Positions 13,901 through 28,900 of a stretch of 64,000 bases of DNA are shown one piece after another. The first letter of the stretch is position 1. Every line of letters starts with the position of its first letter. Position numbers and translations under genes: made by a program. The notes under the pieces were generated by a model. It did no database searches. It had not been told where the DNA came from and was given only the letters and a program-made list of their open reading frames with translations. The DNA is from Fimbriosthenelais zetlandica (Eukaryota). The stretch lies in contig OZ365116.1 in the NCBI GenBank assembly GCA_977030845.1, positions 20,336,001-20,400,000 on the forward strand. The letters are read 5' to 3'.

Positions 13901-16900
13901 AGAATTATTTTATGGAATGAGAAAATGATTGTCTTTGATTAAAAAGATACCAAAAAATGTTCAGTATATCCGAGGACCTGTACTAAGATGTGTTTGCCTG
14001 TTTGACTTTCAGACTGATGTCCCTCGGTATTTAGAGGGTGTTTGCCTTGGACATGGCCAACTAACATTGCTACCAACTACACGACCCTACTAACCTCCCA
14101 ACATACGTCATGCTCCAACTAACATTACTACTAACAACTAACTAACTTCTACCTCCATCCACCAGGCAGTTCTACAGTCACAACATACAGTGATATTAAC
14201 TCAGTAACTGAATGGTATTCATACCTCCATGTATAGATGGCTTACTAATAACAAAACGAAGTAATTTTCTCATATTTTCTATATGCTAAACGTGTATCAA
14301 ACTGTCCTATAGACATAGAGATGATAGGTTGAATGGGTTAGTCATCATCAAGTTTGATGGTGTAAGGGATAAACATGGAGGTGGGAGGGGGTGTGATGAA
14401 GAACTCTCTAATGAGTGACCTCCTCTTGACAATAGTAATTGATGTGTGGACTGACTCATGGATTATTTATACTCCTCAATTTTAAAACTTAAAACTTCGT
14501 GATTTTTACGGATACGCTGCGGCTGGGAATACCAGTTTGTGATGTGCGACTATGTTTTTTTTATTTCTCGTCAAAAGGACTCCTGAATCCCCTGACTTTC
14601 TCCCCCATGAAAGGCCCTCCATACCTCCCTTGCGATTTCCCTGAAAATAAATAATATTAAAATAATTCGGGGACTTTGTATAGTCTTATGAGGAGCGTTG
14701 AACTGGTCTGACATGAGAGCCCGCGGGTCAGACCTGTTATGGCGGATTAACCTGACTCTCAACAAGACGCCTTTGATCTTTCTGACCTGCCTCTCCTTCT
14801 TCAGACCCACCATGACCTGTTTGTCTCATTTTTTAATCGCAATCTGAGACATGGAACTCCTGGGTCAGACAACGCCCGGAGTTTTCAAAGTTTAATTTCC
14901 GAAAATGAGATCTGTGAAAGGTCTGAGGATGTACATCCAATCTTAAAACCCCCGATCTCGCTCTGTCGGTTAGAATTCCTGATAAATTGAAATTTTATTT
15001 GGTTGTGACATGAGAAGAAGAAAATGTAATCATGGATGGTACTGTTAGGTTTCCTTTAAACTGTTTTCCCTCCCATTATAGTAAATTACCATCATTGGTT
15101 TAGTTGTGAGATTCAGCCTGACTAGGAACATGTAACAGACCCAGTACATGTATACTGGCTCGTGTTACGTGGCAACACAGATGGGTGGACCTCCTCCCAT
15201 TCACTGTAAATATAGATTCTATAGCACCAGAGCACATTGCCCCCTCAACAATATGGAGAGGGTCAAAGCCCTTATCACGGAGGCCCTTCCCTCCAGGAAG
15301 GACTAAGTGCTTGAGCCCAGTGTAGAACCAGGTGGAAAGCATTCCACTGAACGATACCATACGACTATATGTGGAAGACCCTCCCTGGGTTTGAATAGAG
15401 GAGGTAGTATTTTGATTCACCATAGAACCTGATGATGTGTGGTGTGGGATTTACTATGATATAATAGACTTGTACCAAGCAATGTCCAGTGTCTCCAGTA
15501 TATTCTATAATAGTGTTTGTGATGGAAGCTTCTTGAGAGAATTCTTTCCTATTCTGGTTAAAAATCAATTAGCAATTGTCACTGGTGTCTGTTAACCTTA
15601 CAGCCGAGGTGTAAGTTCATCCATCCATTGATGAAGGTTTTAACAGTTCCCTAATGGAACCAGACTTGTGTACCTGTCCCCTTTGGCCCGAGCATCTTAA
15701 AACAACCAGTCCCCTTAGCTTCCATCCACCTGAACTGATGCCTGCTCTAGACCCACGTTAGACAAACAGCTCCGCCTTAAGTGCTTTTGTAAAGGACAAA
15801 GTTACTACAGGTCCTAACTGACTAAAAGCAGGTTCCTACAGGGTCAGATCTTTACAGATCTATAGTTACATGTATGGCAGCGATTGTAAAATATCATGTC
15901 CATCCATATTTATCCAAATAGTAAAATATACTTATTCGATTCTTTTGTGGACGCTTAATGGCGGCATCTTATGGAGCCAGGTCTTATCTATGATGGATGT
16001 ATTTGGACATATCATTGGATGAGAAGCCTGGAATGAGCGATGAGTGTGGATGAGCAGGTCAGGCAGACCATGTCATATTCCCATGTTTACATAAGGCAGA
16101 AGCTTAGTCAATGACCAAAGACCATGTTCTAATTCTGCCACTATTACTGCTGACACATGCCACACTGCTCGTCACTGACTGTCATAAGTCCTTGATGGAC
16201 CCAGTAATCTATCAGTGATAAATGACCGAGTCGTCTTCAGATTTAATGAATAGAAAGCCTGTACTAAGAAGTTTTCGGAATCTTAAAATTGATTAGTAAG
16301 ACAGCACCTGCAAAATGCTAATGATTAGCAGATGATTTCCGTTTAGTCACAGTTATTTCATTCTGTGGCTGCAGTAGAAATGGGAATGTGAGGATGAAAG
16401 GAAGAGCAGCTTTATATTGAATAGTGATATTATTATACCCCAGGGGATCACAGAGGGAAGCTTTCATCCCAGCACGACTGCCATATGAATCATGAATCAT
16501 GCAGCACCACAACCAGAAATCCTTTTTAACGCACGATGTATTCATCAAAGCCTGCCCTGATTTTTGGTGGGGCAGATGAAGTCCATCTCCTTTTGTGCCC
16601 TTTGAAGATTGCTGGTTTCTTCATAACCAAAAATGTTATTATTCTGGGCCTTTTAGATGTTCCTAGACTATTTTTACCGACGCTTAACCTAATGCATATT
16701 GAACATATTCACTGTAAATCTACCCCAAAAACTTACTGTTTGCTGGCGCGAAAAATAGATGTTAGATGATCATTATATGTGTGTATTCTGACCTGATCTA
16801 TAATATGAAAAGCCAGCATGAATATTAGTAGTAATATTAATATCATAAATCGTGTGAAGATATTCAGCTGCCTCCCCACCTCTTTTGTTAACATGATTTT

Positions 16901-19900
16901 GCAGTCTCTCCCTCGCACACAAAAATGTCAGGCCTGACGTCGATTAGTTGGGGAGAATTATATTACTTCATGCTCCACTCAATATGGCAATATCACTGCC
17001 CCAGGCCCAGTTTCCAGGAGGAGAGGCAGCGACAATAAAATTAGTGAGAATTCAGACGGGCAATATAGGGTGGTATAGGGCAATGGTTGGAGTTGGCTAT
17101 GACATGCTGCACCATCCTGTGATGCTATAGCTCTGTTGAATCAGAAGCCACTGCTTCCTTTGTCGCCCACCTTCATGATCTCCTCACTCCACCCTCGCTG
17201 GTATTTCCTTCGCTGTTGGTCCAATTCCCTTGCCCTTTCCCTACGCAATCTAGGTTATGTGACTCCTTGAATCCAGAAATGGAATGAATTATTTCAAAAT
17301 GAATTATGAAGCCCCCTTTAATATAAGAAGCAATTCTCCCTTGCGGTGCCATGTCTAAGGTACTCCCTTCAGCAAGGCGCCATCAAAGTCTTGTCTTTGT
17401 TCTGCTGCTCTGTCATTTAAGACATTGTAGCTTTAGTCAGACCTGATATTGAGTCTATTGTGGAGGTATTAGAGACATGTCTGAGGCTCAGGCTCTGTAT
17501 AGATCTATTCATGGATATAAAACGCCTTGTGGGGGGCGGGGGGGGGGGGGATCCAACCCCCCATCCATCAGCCACCTCTGAATGGTGGCCAGGAAATGGA
17601 CCCTCTTAATAATTTGCTTTTGTGAAGGCGACCTTTAGGAGAAAAGGTCTGTGCCCACTCAAACTTCAATCACCTGGGGCTTACGATATAAATAATTAAC
17701 TAGGGATGATGTTCAGGCTTGTTTTTACCTTTTCATCCCTGACTGGTGGCTTGTTGCTCGTTTCACTCTACTCCACACTTTTTTCATTTGAAACAAGAAA
17801 CCCAACACTTTCCAACAGTGGATACTTTATATTACCCATCATTGCAGAACCCCGTATATTTTGCTAAGGCAGGTACAGATTTGTGTGAGGCTGAAGGAGG
17901 GTGAAGGTAGGAATTGATAGTCAATACATCAGCTGAGAAAATGAACCCAGTTTCTGTCTCCTGTAAATGTCACGACCTTCAAGCCTGAATGGAAGTAAAA
18001 GTCTGTTGCCTGCAGGGACGCGTCTGATTGCTATGTCCAGTCAGACATACTTTGCGTGACCATTACAGTAGGGCATGCTTTGCGTGACAGAAGTGCCACT
18101 TTCACTCGTATATAAGGTACCTTCTTTGTTGGTGCAAACAAGACATTTTAACTGAGAAATTTCTTTAATTAAAAGCCCATTAGCCACACAGATTGTATAA
18201 GAGTGACACATTGATGTGTTTTTGTGATGAATCATCAATTTGCTACATCATCTTTGTAGCCGTTTATTATCTAAACTAGCCATTGTTTTCATTGCATGAT
18301 GTATAAACCTCATAATCATGATGGCATCACTGGAAATAACATTTTCCTGCCAGTCATTTTTTTGTGGTGGTCTGCTACAGCTACACCCCCATACATCATA
18401 TCTATAATTTGCCTCCTGGGATTCTAATTACATGTCTTGTTAGTGGAACTTACTATACCTGCTAATTAGCCAAGAGCTTTTTACCCTGATAAATAATGCC
18501 TTTCTTGCTCGTTAATTCCCAGCCATCATTAATGTGGTTGCTAATTCTTGATCATCTATCTGATTATGTATATATATAGAAATAGGTGATTCATCTTGTC
18601 TCTTTTATTTATGTATACCCCCCCCCCCTCTCCATGCCTCTAACGCTTTGACTTTATTGCCCAGGAGAGTGCCTATGACAAACTAATGTCCTGAGAGACA
18701 CAAATCTTTGTATATTTGAAAGATGTGTGTTCATGGCCAATTCCCTCTAACCTGTGGCGCTATGCCACTGAGGCAGATTCATCCAATTAAGGCAATGCCT
18801 TATGCAATAGCATGGCCATCAAAGCCCTTTTCATTAGTCATGCAGTTCATGGTTCGTCCTTGTTGCTGGGCATAAAAGACGAGGGTGTGACCCTATCAGA
18901 GATATTATCCTTAGATATGCCTGAATAGCATGTTTACAATCTGTAGGCAAGTGTGGCGAGATGTCCCTCGGGGCTGGTTCAAGTAATAAGTTATTCATCC
19001 TTACATTCAATGCCTCAGCATTGAATATGAAGAAGGCTTATTCAAGGGCTCCGAATTGAATGACCAATTTTCAATGTTTAAGAATTACCCACATTGGTGA
19101 ATTGGATACTTGAAAAATAAAATCAGAATGGAGACTCGGGTGTCAATCAGTGGTAAACCTGCCAACAGTTTACAGATATAGGCAATGTACATGACCTCTC
19201 ACTACTCCTAGTCCTCCTCCTCCTCCCCCAGCTGCTCCCCTCCCTCACAACGCCAGCACTCCTCCACTGTTCCTCCACTGAGAGCAGCTCAGCCAAGAGC
19301 CAGTGTAGAGGAGGCTGCAGGCTGTGAGTAGGAGGAGGGAGTTGCTCGCTGCTTCAGCTCCAGCCATCTCCCCGCCTCACTGAACTAAAGCCTTATCCCG
19401 AGCCACGCGGAGACCTCACCAATCCAGTCTCCACTAGCAGGCACAGACAACATGCACAGCAGCCCGACTATGTGAGATCAATGTAGGCATAGAGAATGCA
19501 TTATACCCCCAGGACGTCCTGACCTTTCATAATTCAACTGAGGCATGAGGATGCTGCAGCATCACCAACAACACCAATGGGGGAACGTGGGCTAATGTGT
19601 CACACACAGACTGGAGGACTGTGAGGTGTAGGCTGGCAAGCATGCTGCTTCAATTAAGACCTAAGCTGCGGGCCACCTTTATTTGTGTGCTACATATTAC
19701 TGTTTTCTACTAGCGCCTATGGAACAAAGGCCATTAAGTTGTGTCCAGAAGCAAACCGAAGACGCCGCTTCCCATTGGTTTGCCCTTGGAGATATTTTTT
19801 ATACGTGAAGGAGGAGTTCCATTTTGAGAGATGGAGGGATAGTCTTTGCATGGATGCTCCAACTCATGGTCTACTTGGGTCTTGATGTTCCCTCCCTATG

Positions 19901-22900
19901 CCACATCACGGATGGCATCCTAGGTTGCATTACCCTCTCCAATGTGCCATCTGTATGCTTACACAGGGCCGATGGGGCTTCAGCATAAATTGCTTGCTTC
20001 CTATACTTGACTGAGCAGAATGGAGCTATGTACCATGTATATGTATCACTGAGATATGGCGGATATCTAAGCTGTGTTGATTTTATTTGGGATCAGTGAT
20101 CAAATGTGACTTTCAATGAATTATAATGGCGAATCATTTGTGTTCATGTCATGCTTAAAATGTTGGCTAGTCGTCAAGTTCACAAAAATGTGATGATAAA
20201 TATCACATCGTATACTATATCCCTTTCAGTTGAGCATATCATTTCGACCAGCAACATTTAGGAAGGAGTAGAATGTCACATGATGGGGAGAACTGCTCTA
20301 TCTTGATTTGCTTGCCAAGCGTGGTTTGAGATGCAAATCAAATGAGCCTTTTTTTGATTTTCCAATCTTACTGATTGTCTTCCCCTGGATTGAAATCGTG
20401 ATCCTATTTCAAACACATCACGCAACCAAAGGCATCGCAATCCTACCTTTATATAGTTCCTATTGGACTGCAGCACTTTGCATTTACTCCACATTGCTTG
20501 CTGAATTAGCTTTGCAATTAATTTGTCAAGCATACACTCAAGGAATATAAAGCAATCTAACTATAAGGATACGTACTCGGGACATTCAGTAACTGGGTGC
20601 CTCTCTCACTAGACCTTCCAGCTGGTTGGACCAGCGTCCCGGTTATTGTGTGTGATTCCACCTGCTAGCCTGGCAGCAAGCCTGGTATCAAGGTATGTGT
20701 CATCATACCTGAGATTCCACCCAGCCTGGACGACCAGGTGCTTGTAGAGTGGTGGTAGGAGGGGGAGGAGGAGGGGTGAAGCCATCAGGGGTATGATAGT
20801 AGAGCCATGATGACCTACCATACGTATAGTGACCACATATACCATGTTGAGTGTGAGGGTAGTATTGTTTCCTGTCCACCCCCCTCTTCCTCCAGTTCAC
20901 CCTCACTCTGTGTATACATGGGGATTACGGTGTCCACTGCCTACTGCTGGATTAAGTAGCAACACGTGGAGGAGTTAAGAGAATGGGAAACTGTGTGTCC
21001 ACTCAAGGATACCTTCATGTCAGGTACCACACTTTCATTCCTTCTACCTGTGTTTCTAAAGGTTTTAATTATCAAATGATACTTTCCTCTCAGGTAAGAA
21101 CGTTTTTAAGCCCTTCAACCTGTGTTTCAAAGGAGTTTTCTTAATTTAATTGTCAAATGATACCATGTTGTCAGCTGTGTGAACTTTCCCCTCCCTTTTA
21201 TATGCTCTGAATCTAATGGGTTCTCCCACCATAAGTCACCCTGTAGAGTCTTAGTGTCCTCAATATTGCCCCACTGGTACGTATAGCATGCTTGTTGTCT
21301 TTGTTCTCCACGTCTAATATGTGAGATGATCTCTGCGTGACTGAGTAAGGCAGCCGGGATGGCCTACAGATCTTGGTTTCAAAGCTCACCAGTAAAAGCA
21401 AGCCCAAGGCCTCCATGAATTATCCAAGAAGGTCCATAAAATGCCATTCCATGCATTCTGTGCCGCTGTAATTCCTCTCCTTTTGTCATTAATATGGGAG
21501 CAGGCTAAAAGTCGCCCCCGGTTTCCATGCCAATCAATCACACCCAATTCCACTTTCTTCAGCTTCAGAAATTCTGAATTATGACTTTTTCAGCAGCTTT
21601 AGTCAGAAAATAGAAACTGGGGAAAGAGTCCATTTCTAAGAAAAAATCCTCCCTCAGTTATCTTTCCAATTAAATAAGGAAAAATGATCTTTGGTAGAGA
21701 AGGGAAATGCACTTTCGAATTCCTGATCTTAGTTTGAGAAACCAGTACTATAATGGAGTCTCATCTTACAGAACTGCAAAAAACATTACCACCCACCTCG
21801 GCATAAAAACAGACTTCCTGGAGACAAAGGAAAGTTCCATTTGCGGCTTTGTTTCCAAGGTAACACGCTATAGAGGAAGCCTGCATGTCTGAGTGAGGGC
21901 GCCAGCAGGCTCAGTAAGCAATTGTCATACATGTTCACCTAATGTTCCCCGAACTCTGTCAATCTATGTGTCTCACCTAAAATATGATAGATAGCAAGTA
22001 TGTATCTCCTCCCATCTCTTGCCACTTAAGGCCCAGCGACCATTAATAATCCTGGGTACCGTCATTGTTATATTTGTCTAGTAGGATCATTAATTCGCCC
22101 CCCTGTACATACCTTTCCTCCTTGGATTCTGCCAAATGAAATTAAGAAAATTCCTGTGGAGACACTGCATAGAAATGGTGTATGGACAAAAAACATCATT
22201 ATAGCAACCTTTCACAAGGCCTAACTTGCTTTGCACATTCATCCATTCCCACGATAGATGGCTGGATCGAAAGCAATTCTTTGAGAATTGTCAATAAGTT
22301 GGATCGGTAGATGAATGGGACTGCTTTTAAAGTAGAGGCTATTGTATAATAGTAGGCAATGGCGGACTAGTTAAATGGTCTGATAGAACTGTTGTCCGTT
22401 GTACCAATGGTTCTTCTATTCATGGCGCCTTTGATTTATTTCTTCCCAGTGAAGAACACATTAACATGTTGTTTTGAGCATCTGTGGTCTTCAGCCTTCA
22501 GCATATTGATCCTACCACCAGATGTAATCACTGCTCCATATTTATTCTACCATCCCCGGCCTGGGGCCTCGCTCAACCACGGCCAGTGATCCCCTACCAG
22601 TCCGGGATTTCATTCCACTGATTGATTATATTCGATTTTTAAATGTTTTTCCACACGTTTGCAGTTCGTTTTTTTTTTAATTTTGAAAAACGGTGCAAAG
22701 AATACACATTGACTATTGAAAGGCCCTTGAATATGAGGTCATCTTTAATGTATGGTCAATCCGAACTCGTAGCTCAGCCTACCTGTGCCAAGAGTCCTGA
22801 GGCTTGACCATCAAGGCAGTAGAGGCTCCTCACGATATCCCGGAAAAATCACTTTTATTTACAACACTTTCATCAAGTACTCCTAGACTTTAATGCAAAC

Positions 22901-25900
22901 TGTTTTGGCTTGTCAATGGAGACACGACACTATGAGGCATTACAAGATGCAGGTGTTACAAGCATGGAGGGGTGTGATTAGCCTGTCTGTGTGAGGAGAG
23001 GCGGGGTGTTGGGGCGTCTGGCACTCATCAGCTGTAGTATAGGCTTGTGTTTCAGTAGCTTGCCTTCTTCATCTCATGCTGGCTTTGTAAGAAGTATAGT
23101 CAGCTGCTCAAAGCCACAGTATATTCCCCTAGACGTAGAGACACGTCAAAATACCCAATGTCAGCATTTACAAGCATTTTATAAGGCATTTCTATTCCTT
23201 GTTTGAGTCACCATGATATTGTTTTATTAGTAGGAGGCCTAGTATAGGGCCAGGAGGCAGGCAACCATTGCTGTACATAGTACTCAGAGAGGGCTGGTAT
23301 TTGTCTTCAAAGTATTTGTCTTCTAAATCCAAAATGACAGACAGAATTGGAGAAAGAATGTAGCACAAAATTGCAAGATAATACCTCTGTTAATTGACAT
23401 ATTATATTGGGTGGTTGTCTGTGTGTAAAGTGTTGTAGGTGAGGATGTTTCTTCCTTATTTATCAAGATTGATGAGGGAAGTCAGCTTGTTTGAAGGTGA
23501 CCTTTCCTCTCTAACTCCCCTTGACTTGATGACATCCTGCTTGATTGAATACTAGATGACTTACCTTTACTGTAGAAAAGAACATTTATTTTCTAATCCC
23601 TATACAAAGCCGATAGAGAAAGAAATGAATTGAAATATATTTGAGCTGTGACAGCAAATGTAGAACTGCAATAGTAGAAATGTTGTAGAAGATGAAACGA
23701 GAATGAGAACAATGGTGATATATGGAGAGGAGAATAGAGATGGAGATATAGAGTTTATGTTTGATAGCTCGGGGAGGGTCGTATTGTCTTGTTATTATAG
23801 AGGCAGTGAGCAGTAGGGAGCAGCTCCTGTGTTGGGCGTTCATGAGGCAGTATGAGGGGATGGATCTCAGTGTACCTAGTAGTGATCATGGCGGTATGTA
23901 TGGAGACTAGGGCAGACATGGACTATATATTGATGACACATGCCACTCTAGGGACCCACTGTCCTCCCACTCCGTCTCATATCACACATTGCTCTACATA
24001 ATCATCATACTCCATGTAATTCATGTCATATTGATATACTGACAGAGACTTCCTAATAGTATTAGTCACTCTAACAAGCTGCATATTGCTTTTCGGTATT
24101 TATATACCTGGGAATGTACCTTGATAAAATATAATTATTCCATCTTAAATTTGTTCTGAACCCATGAAATGGAATATTCCTAGCTTATTCTGATGAAAAA
24201 ATCCAGATACAACTTTATAAGCTGCTCAACCCTTGCTCTGTGCCAGGCAAAGTCATCCCGTTTTAAAACTTTTACTCGGCTGGGAGAATACTTTGACTTG
24301 TATTTGGCTTGAGAGGCCAGGCTACATTTCCCATCCTTAATTTGTCACTCTTCATCCCATGGAATGCCTCCCACTATTGCATTAATGCTTCCCAAGCTTC
24401 CTTTATATCCAGTGGCTGCATCCATCCATTACCCACGTGTTCTTATAAAACCGTGTCTTCCGTGCTTACCACTCTTAAGCCACGTTTAAAGATGAGATTC
24501 CTTTGAATGGAGCATACAGGGGACGCCGCACCGGCTTATAATTGTCCACCTATACATTTATGGAAGGAAGCAACGCGGGATGATGGGGACTTCCTACTCG
24601 CTTTTCAATAAAGCTGCCTTAGCCGAATATTTCCAAGCCTTGTGTCCTGCAGGGATAAAACTTAAATTCCCTGAACGTGCTCACCTTAAGGCTGCTGTCC
24701 TATATTAGTCCTATATTGAGCTTTTGCCAAATAATATGAGCAGATATGACTTAGGCAATGGAAAATCATTTTCAACTCCAAGTTCCCCTATAGTGAATAA
24801 GAACAACGATTTCTATTTATTAAACTGGCCTAATTCATTACTCTGCCATCGCGTGAGTCGCTATCAATGATAATGGTCCAATTAGGATTGCCATGAACAG
24901 CGTGTCAGTGCACACTGATTGAGTTAAGTTGGAAGTTTGGCTGTGGCTGAAGATTTAGAGCTGCCTTGTAGACAAGCTACCTCTGACATGCCACCTGCAC
25001 ATTCTAAACTTAAATGATTGTTGGATGTAATCAGTGCTAATAGATTAGACAGCAATGACATCAGCATTTACAAAATTAAGTCTCTCACTGAAACTTTAAC
25101 TTTTGCCTGGTACACCATTTTCTATATTGAAATCCAACAGTGGTTGAATGCCATATACCATGAGCAATATTTGCCATTTGTGCATATAATATGATGGATT
25201 ATCTGTATATGTCCCGAGCATTTGGGACCTCTGCCCTGTTGAATTGTGCTCAAGTGGCATTTATTTAAACAGCCGTTGCTGTTGCTGTCTTCCAAATATC
25301 TCCACTGATTGTCCCTTGCTATCAAGTGTGTACAGGGCACTAGTAAAAATCAATAGCCCCCACTATGTGATAGTGTATATGTTAGTTTGCCCTCGGTGTC
25401 AGAGCAGACAAAACCCATCAGTAAAATGAGGATGTAAATATTTGTGCTCAGCTTCTTATTTCTTCTTTACATGAAGAGAGATGTTTGGAATGACTCGGTT
25501 GACTAATGGTTTGGGTGGGGCCTGTGTTATTTGTAGTAATGTAAAGCCTGGACTTCAGACTTTATATTCTCTCCTCTCACTTCCCTAAACTTCCCATATG
25601 GGATTGAGATCCATCCTCCTAAAGGTAGCTAATTAATCATCCATGAAGCCATAACATTCTTATGTAAAATGATGGATCTCTTAATCGATCACTGGGCTGA
25701 TACATTTCTGTCGGTTTATGTATAAAGCCGTGAGTGGTGCTATAATATGGGTTGATGGATTTACATGGGCTGTATGGGCAACATCTGGCCAACACTGGCC
25801 AATATTCTGTCTGATGAAATGAGTGAGGGCTAGACTTCAGCCAGCAGAATTATATAAAGACAGTAAAACTGTGATCAGATCTATTATGAACCTGGAAGGT

Positions 25901-28900
25901 GACGGGCGACTAGATAGAAGGCAATTAGATGTGGGATGGAAGAATGGAAGCTGAGACATTAGTATGTAAGGCGGGTGTTGCTCCTCTGGCCAAATGCGTC
26001 TCTGGAGCCACATTAAAAAGACACTTAACGACATCCACAGTCCATGTCTCTGCTGGGAAAAGAAGTTCAATACGGACATATGTTGTCAACTTACATCCAG
26101 TAGTTTATTTCTCCTGTCACTTAGGCTACTTACACCTAAATGTACTCATGAATGTTGTCGTGAATGTAATGGACGGTAACACCTTACTTCAGTTACTGCA
26201 GTGTGCAAAGAAAACATAAAAATATTTACTAATCACATCCAGAAATTATACCCCACATTGTTCGGGAACAACAAGCCTTCAGGCAGATTGTACATTTCCT
26301 TCCAAGCTCGTGTTGGCAGACCATGAAAGATGTCAACCCATGGAAATCAATATTCTTTTGGCAGTACTTTACTCGTGCATGTGGCAGGCTTTCTTCGCCT
26401 GAGGCTGAATTTCAGCAGTGTTCTTTTTTATATAGAGATATCTCTAAAAGAATTAAAATATTTGTTAGGGATGTTGAAATTAGCTGGAAAAACCACCCGT
26501 GCAAACCAAGCGTTTCTCCACCCCTTGTCCCCCTGGGAATTAGACCCGAGAAAATGGAGCAATAGAAAGGCAAGCCTGGCACAGGTCTTGGTTATAGTTA
26601 CAGATCTGTATGGATCTCATGTTCTCCCTCATCCAAGAGGGACTCTTATGAACATGCCCACCAGGAATGATAGATGAAACCATGTCTTCTGGGACAAGTA
26701 TTATGACCATGTACGCCATTCAATCCTAGTTTGGTTTGTTATAACAAATAGTATCGGTTAACTCGGCGAACATTTTCTTGAAATACCTCCGTCTTGGGAT
26801 GGAAATAAAAGAGAACTGTTAAAATGATGAAGACCTTGTTCACAAGCTTTTATCTTTGAGGTAGTAATAGTATCTGATATTAAAGTATAGAATTGTATCG
26901 GGATATATAAGCATTGCCCTGCCCCGCTAACCATAGGACGCTAGGATATCCTAGCACCACACAAAGTGAACCAAAGCACTGGTCTTGTTTCTCGGGAACA
27001 CCTCCCATTGATCTTTTTGAGGAGATATCCGAGGTTTTCTTCTGCGGTGCTGGGAGCCAGGACCTATAATGTATCCCCCAGCCTTTGACTAGGCCTGGCT
27101 CTCTCTGATTGAAGATGGCCGGGATGGCGTGCTCACTGCCCATTGCCTGCCGTTAGTAATTGTTCTTCGCTGTCTAATGCAAGTCGTGTAGCTGCCCAAA
27201 AGATGCTGCTCAGAGGAAGGAAAGTAGCCCCTCTCCCACCCACTATATATCCCCTGTGTTTGAAAGAAAACAGTGGCCGTCTGATGAAGTGGAGGCGTAG
27301 TGGCATTCCAAAAAAGGGTAGTGGATTTTAAGCTGGGTAAAAAGGACTGAAGTCTTTTTTATTAACTGCCAAAGACGAACTGATGTGTCAAGCTTGAGCG
27401 GTTGATTAATTATAAAACAAATTTGCTTCAACCCAATTGCTCCGTGCATTATTTACACTCTTCGTGCCTTGGGGAGTTGTGTTTTGAAGGACATATCATA
27501 ACTGTATTGCCCTCCCTCCTCATACCAGTGCTGCTATCTGTGTTATCAGAGACCAGTCATATGTCCCACTGTCTATGGTGAGAGACGTATAATAGAAAAA
27601 TTGCTGCCAACTATAAGAACGACCAATATAGCCGGCAGCGTTTTTCCTCTTGGTATGACCTGATGGTTGTGTTGACAGCAATCGATCCACCACCAACACT
27701 TACAGGACTGTACTTGAAGGTTCCCACACGTCCCTCTCACTGTTTCCCTGTCAGTATAACGTGGCATATTTACTGTCCAATGACTGGAAACCGGACGGTG
27801 GAGCACCTCATGGAAGCTGGTACATATTTGAGCTACTCTGTGAGCCTGAGAGCAGCAGATGTGAGATATTGATTGAGTAACATTGAGCTTTTGTCATCAT
27901 GGAATAGCCTGAGGGTGAGAGGGATTATACAGGCTTTGTGCTCTGTGGTTTGAGCTATCATTGGTTGGAGCGTGACTGCAAATCATGCCGGATGACAAAG
28001 TGAATAGGATTCCGTATCTGGAAGCCACTGAATCCTTTGTAGATGAGAAGATTAGCAGTTTCCTCTAGCTTTCTCTATGAAACATTTGGGGGATATTTGG
28101 TCCAAATAAGAAAAAAACATTGGTGTAACATGTCTTTGACAGAAGGAAGCCAGGCAAGATAATGCATCAGAAAGTAAGTACCGCCCAATGTTGCTAAGAG
28201 TGTTTAATAACTCTGCGTTATCGACATTGACTCATCATTATCACGCCCATTTCCCGACCATTTCCTCTACCGAGCTGGTATGAGTGATTGGTGCCCACAT
28301 TGAGCTGCTCGCGACCTCCGAGTGTTATGCTACTGAGCAGCTCCTATTTTAGGCCCCAATCATCCTGAGCCGCTCAGATTTATGTCCAGACCTCAATTAA
28401 GCCCGCGCCATTAGGGCCTTTTTACAGATCCAATCTAATAACACCTCTCATTTTCTCAATCAAGCGTTCCAAACAAAAATATCCTTCCAGTTCCGAGGAC
28501 TGCATCCACAAGGCAACGACTTCAATCCTTTTATCCAGATTACTGTCCCGCTGGGAATTGAGAAATATGTAGATATGATTGCACGTGAATGTGCTGGGCT
28601 GCTGCTTGAGCACACATTACCACTATAACTGAGCTACGAACCTTTCGGGGTAGTAAGAACAATTAAAGATTCAAAAATTGGATCTCTTTCCCCAAGGGCG
28701 CGATTGCTTCCTTCCTCATCTTATGGTTGGCACTCATTGGATTGATATTTTACAGTGCGAGTCGCACCATTTGATATTGGATTGGGTCGTGCTGTTTCCC
28801 TCCAGGCGTTTTTGCATTAATCTAATTCACTAGAGCGATTGTTGCTGTTTCATTCTCCCATGAAAAATGATATTGCGCCCAACAGCAACGATTATATTAG

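Noticed and set aside
26858-26880. tgaggtagta, matching the first 10 nt of let-7/miR-98
   Set aside because: The rest diverges and there is no complementary star arm
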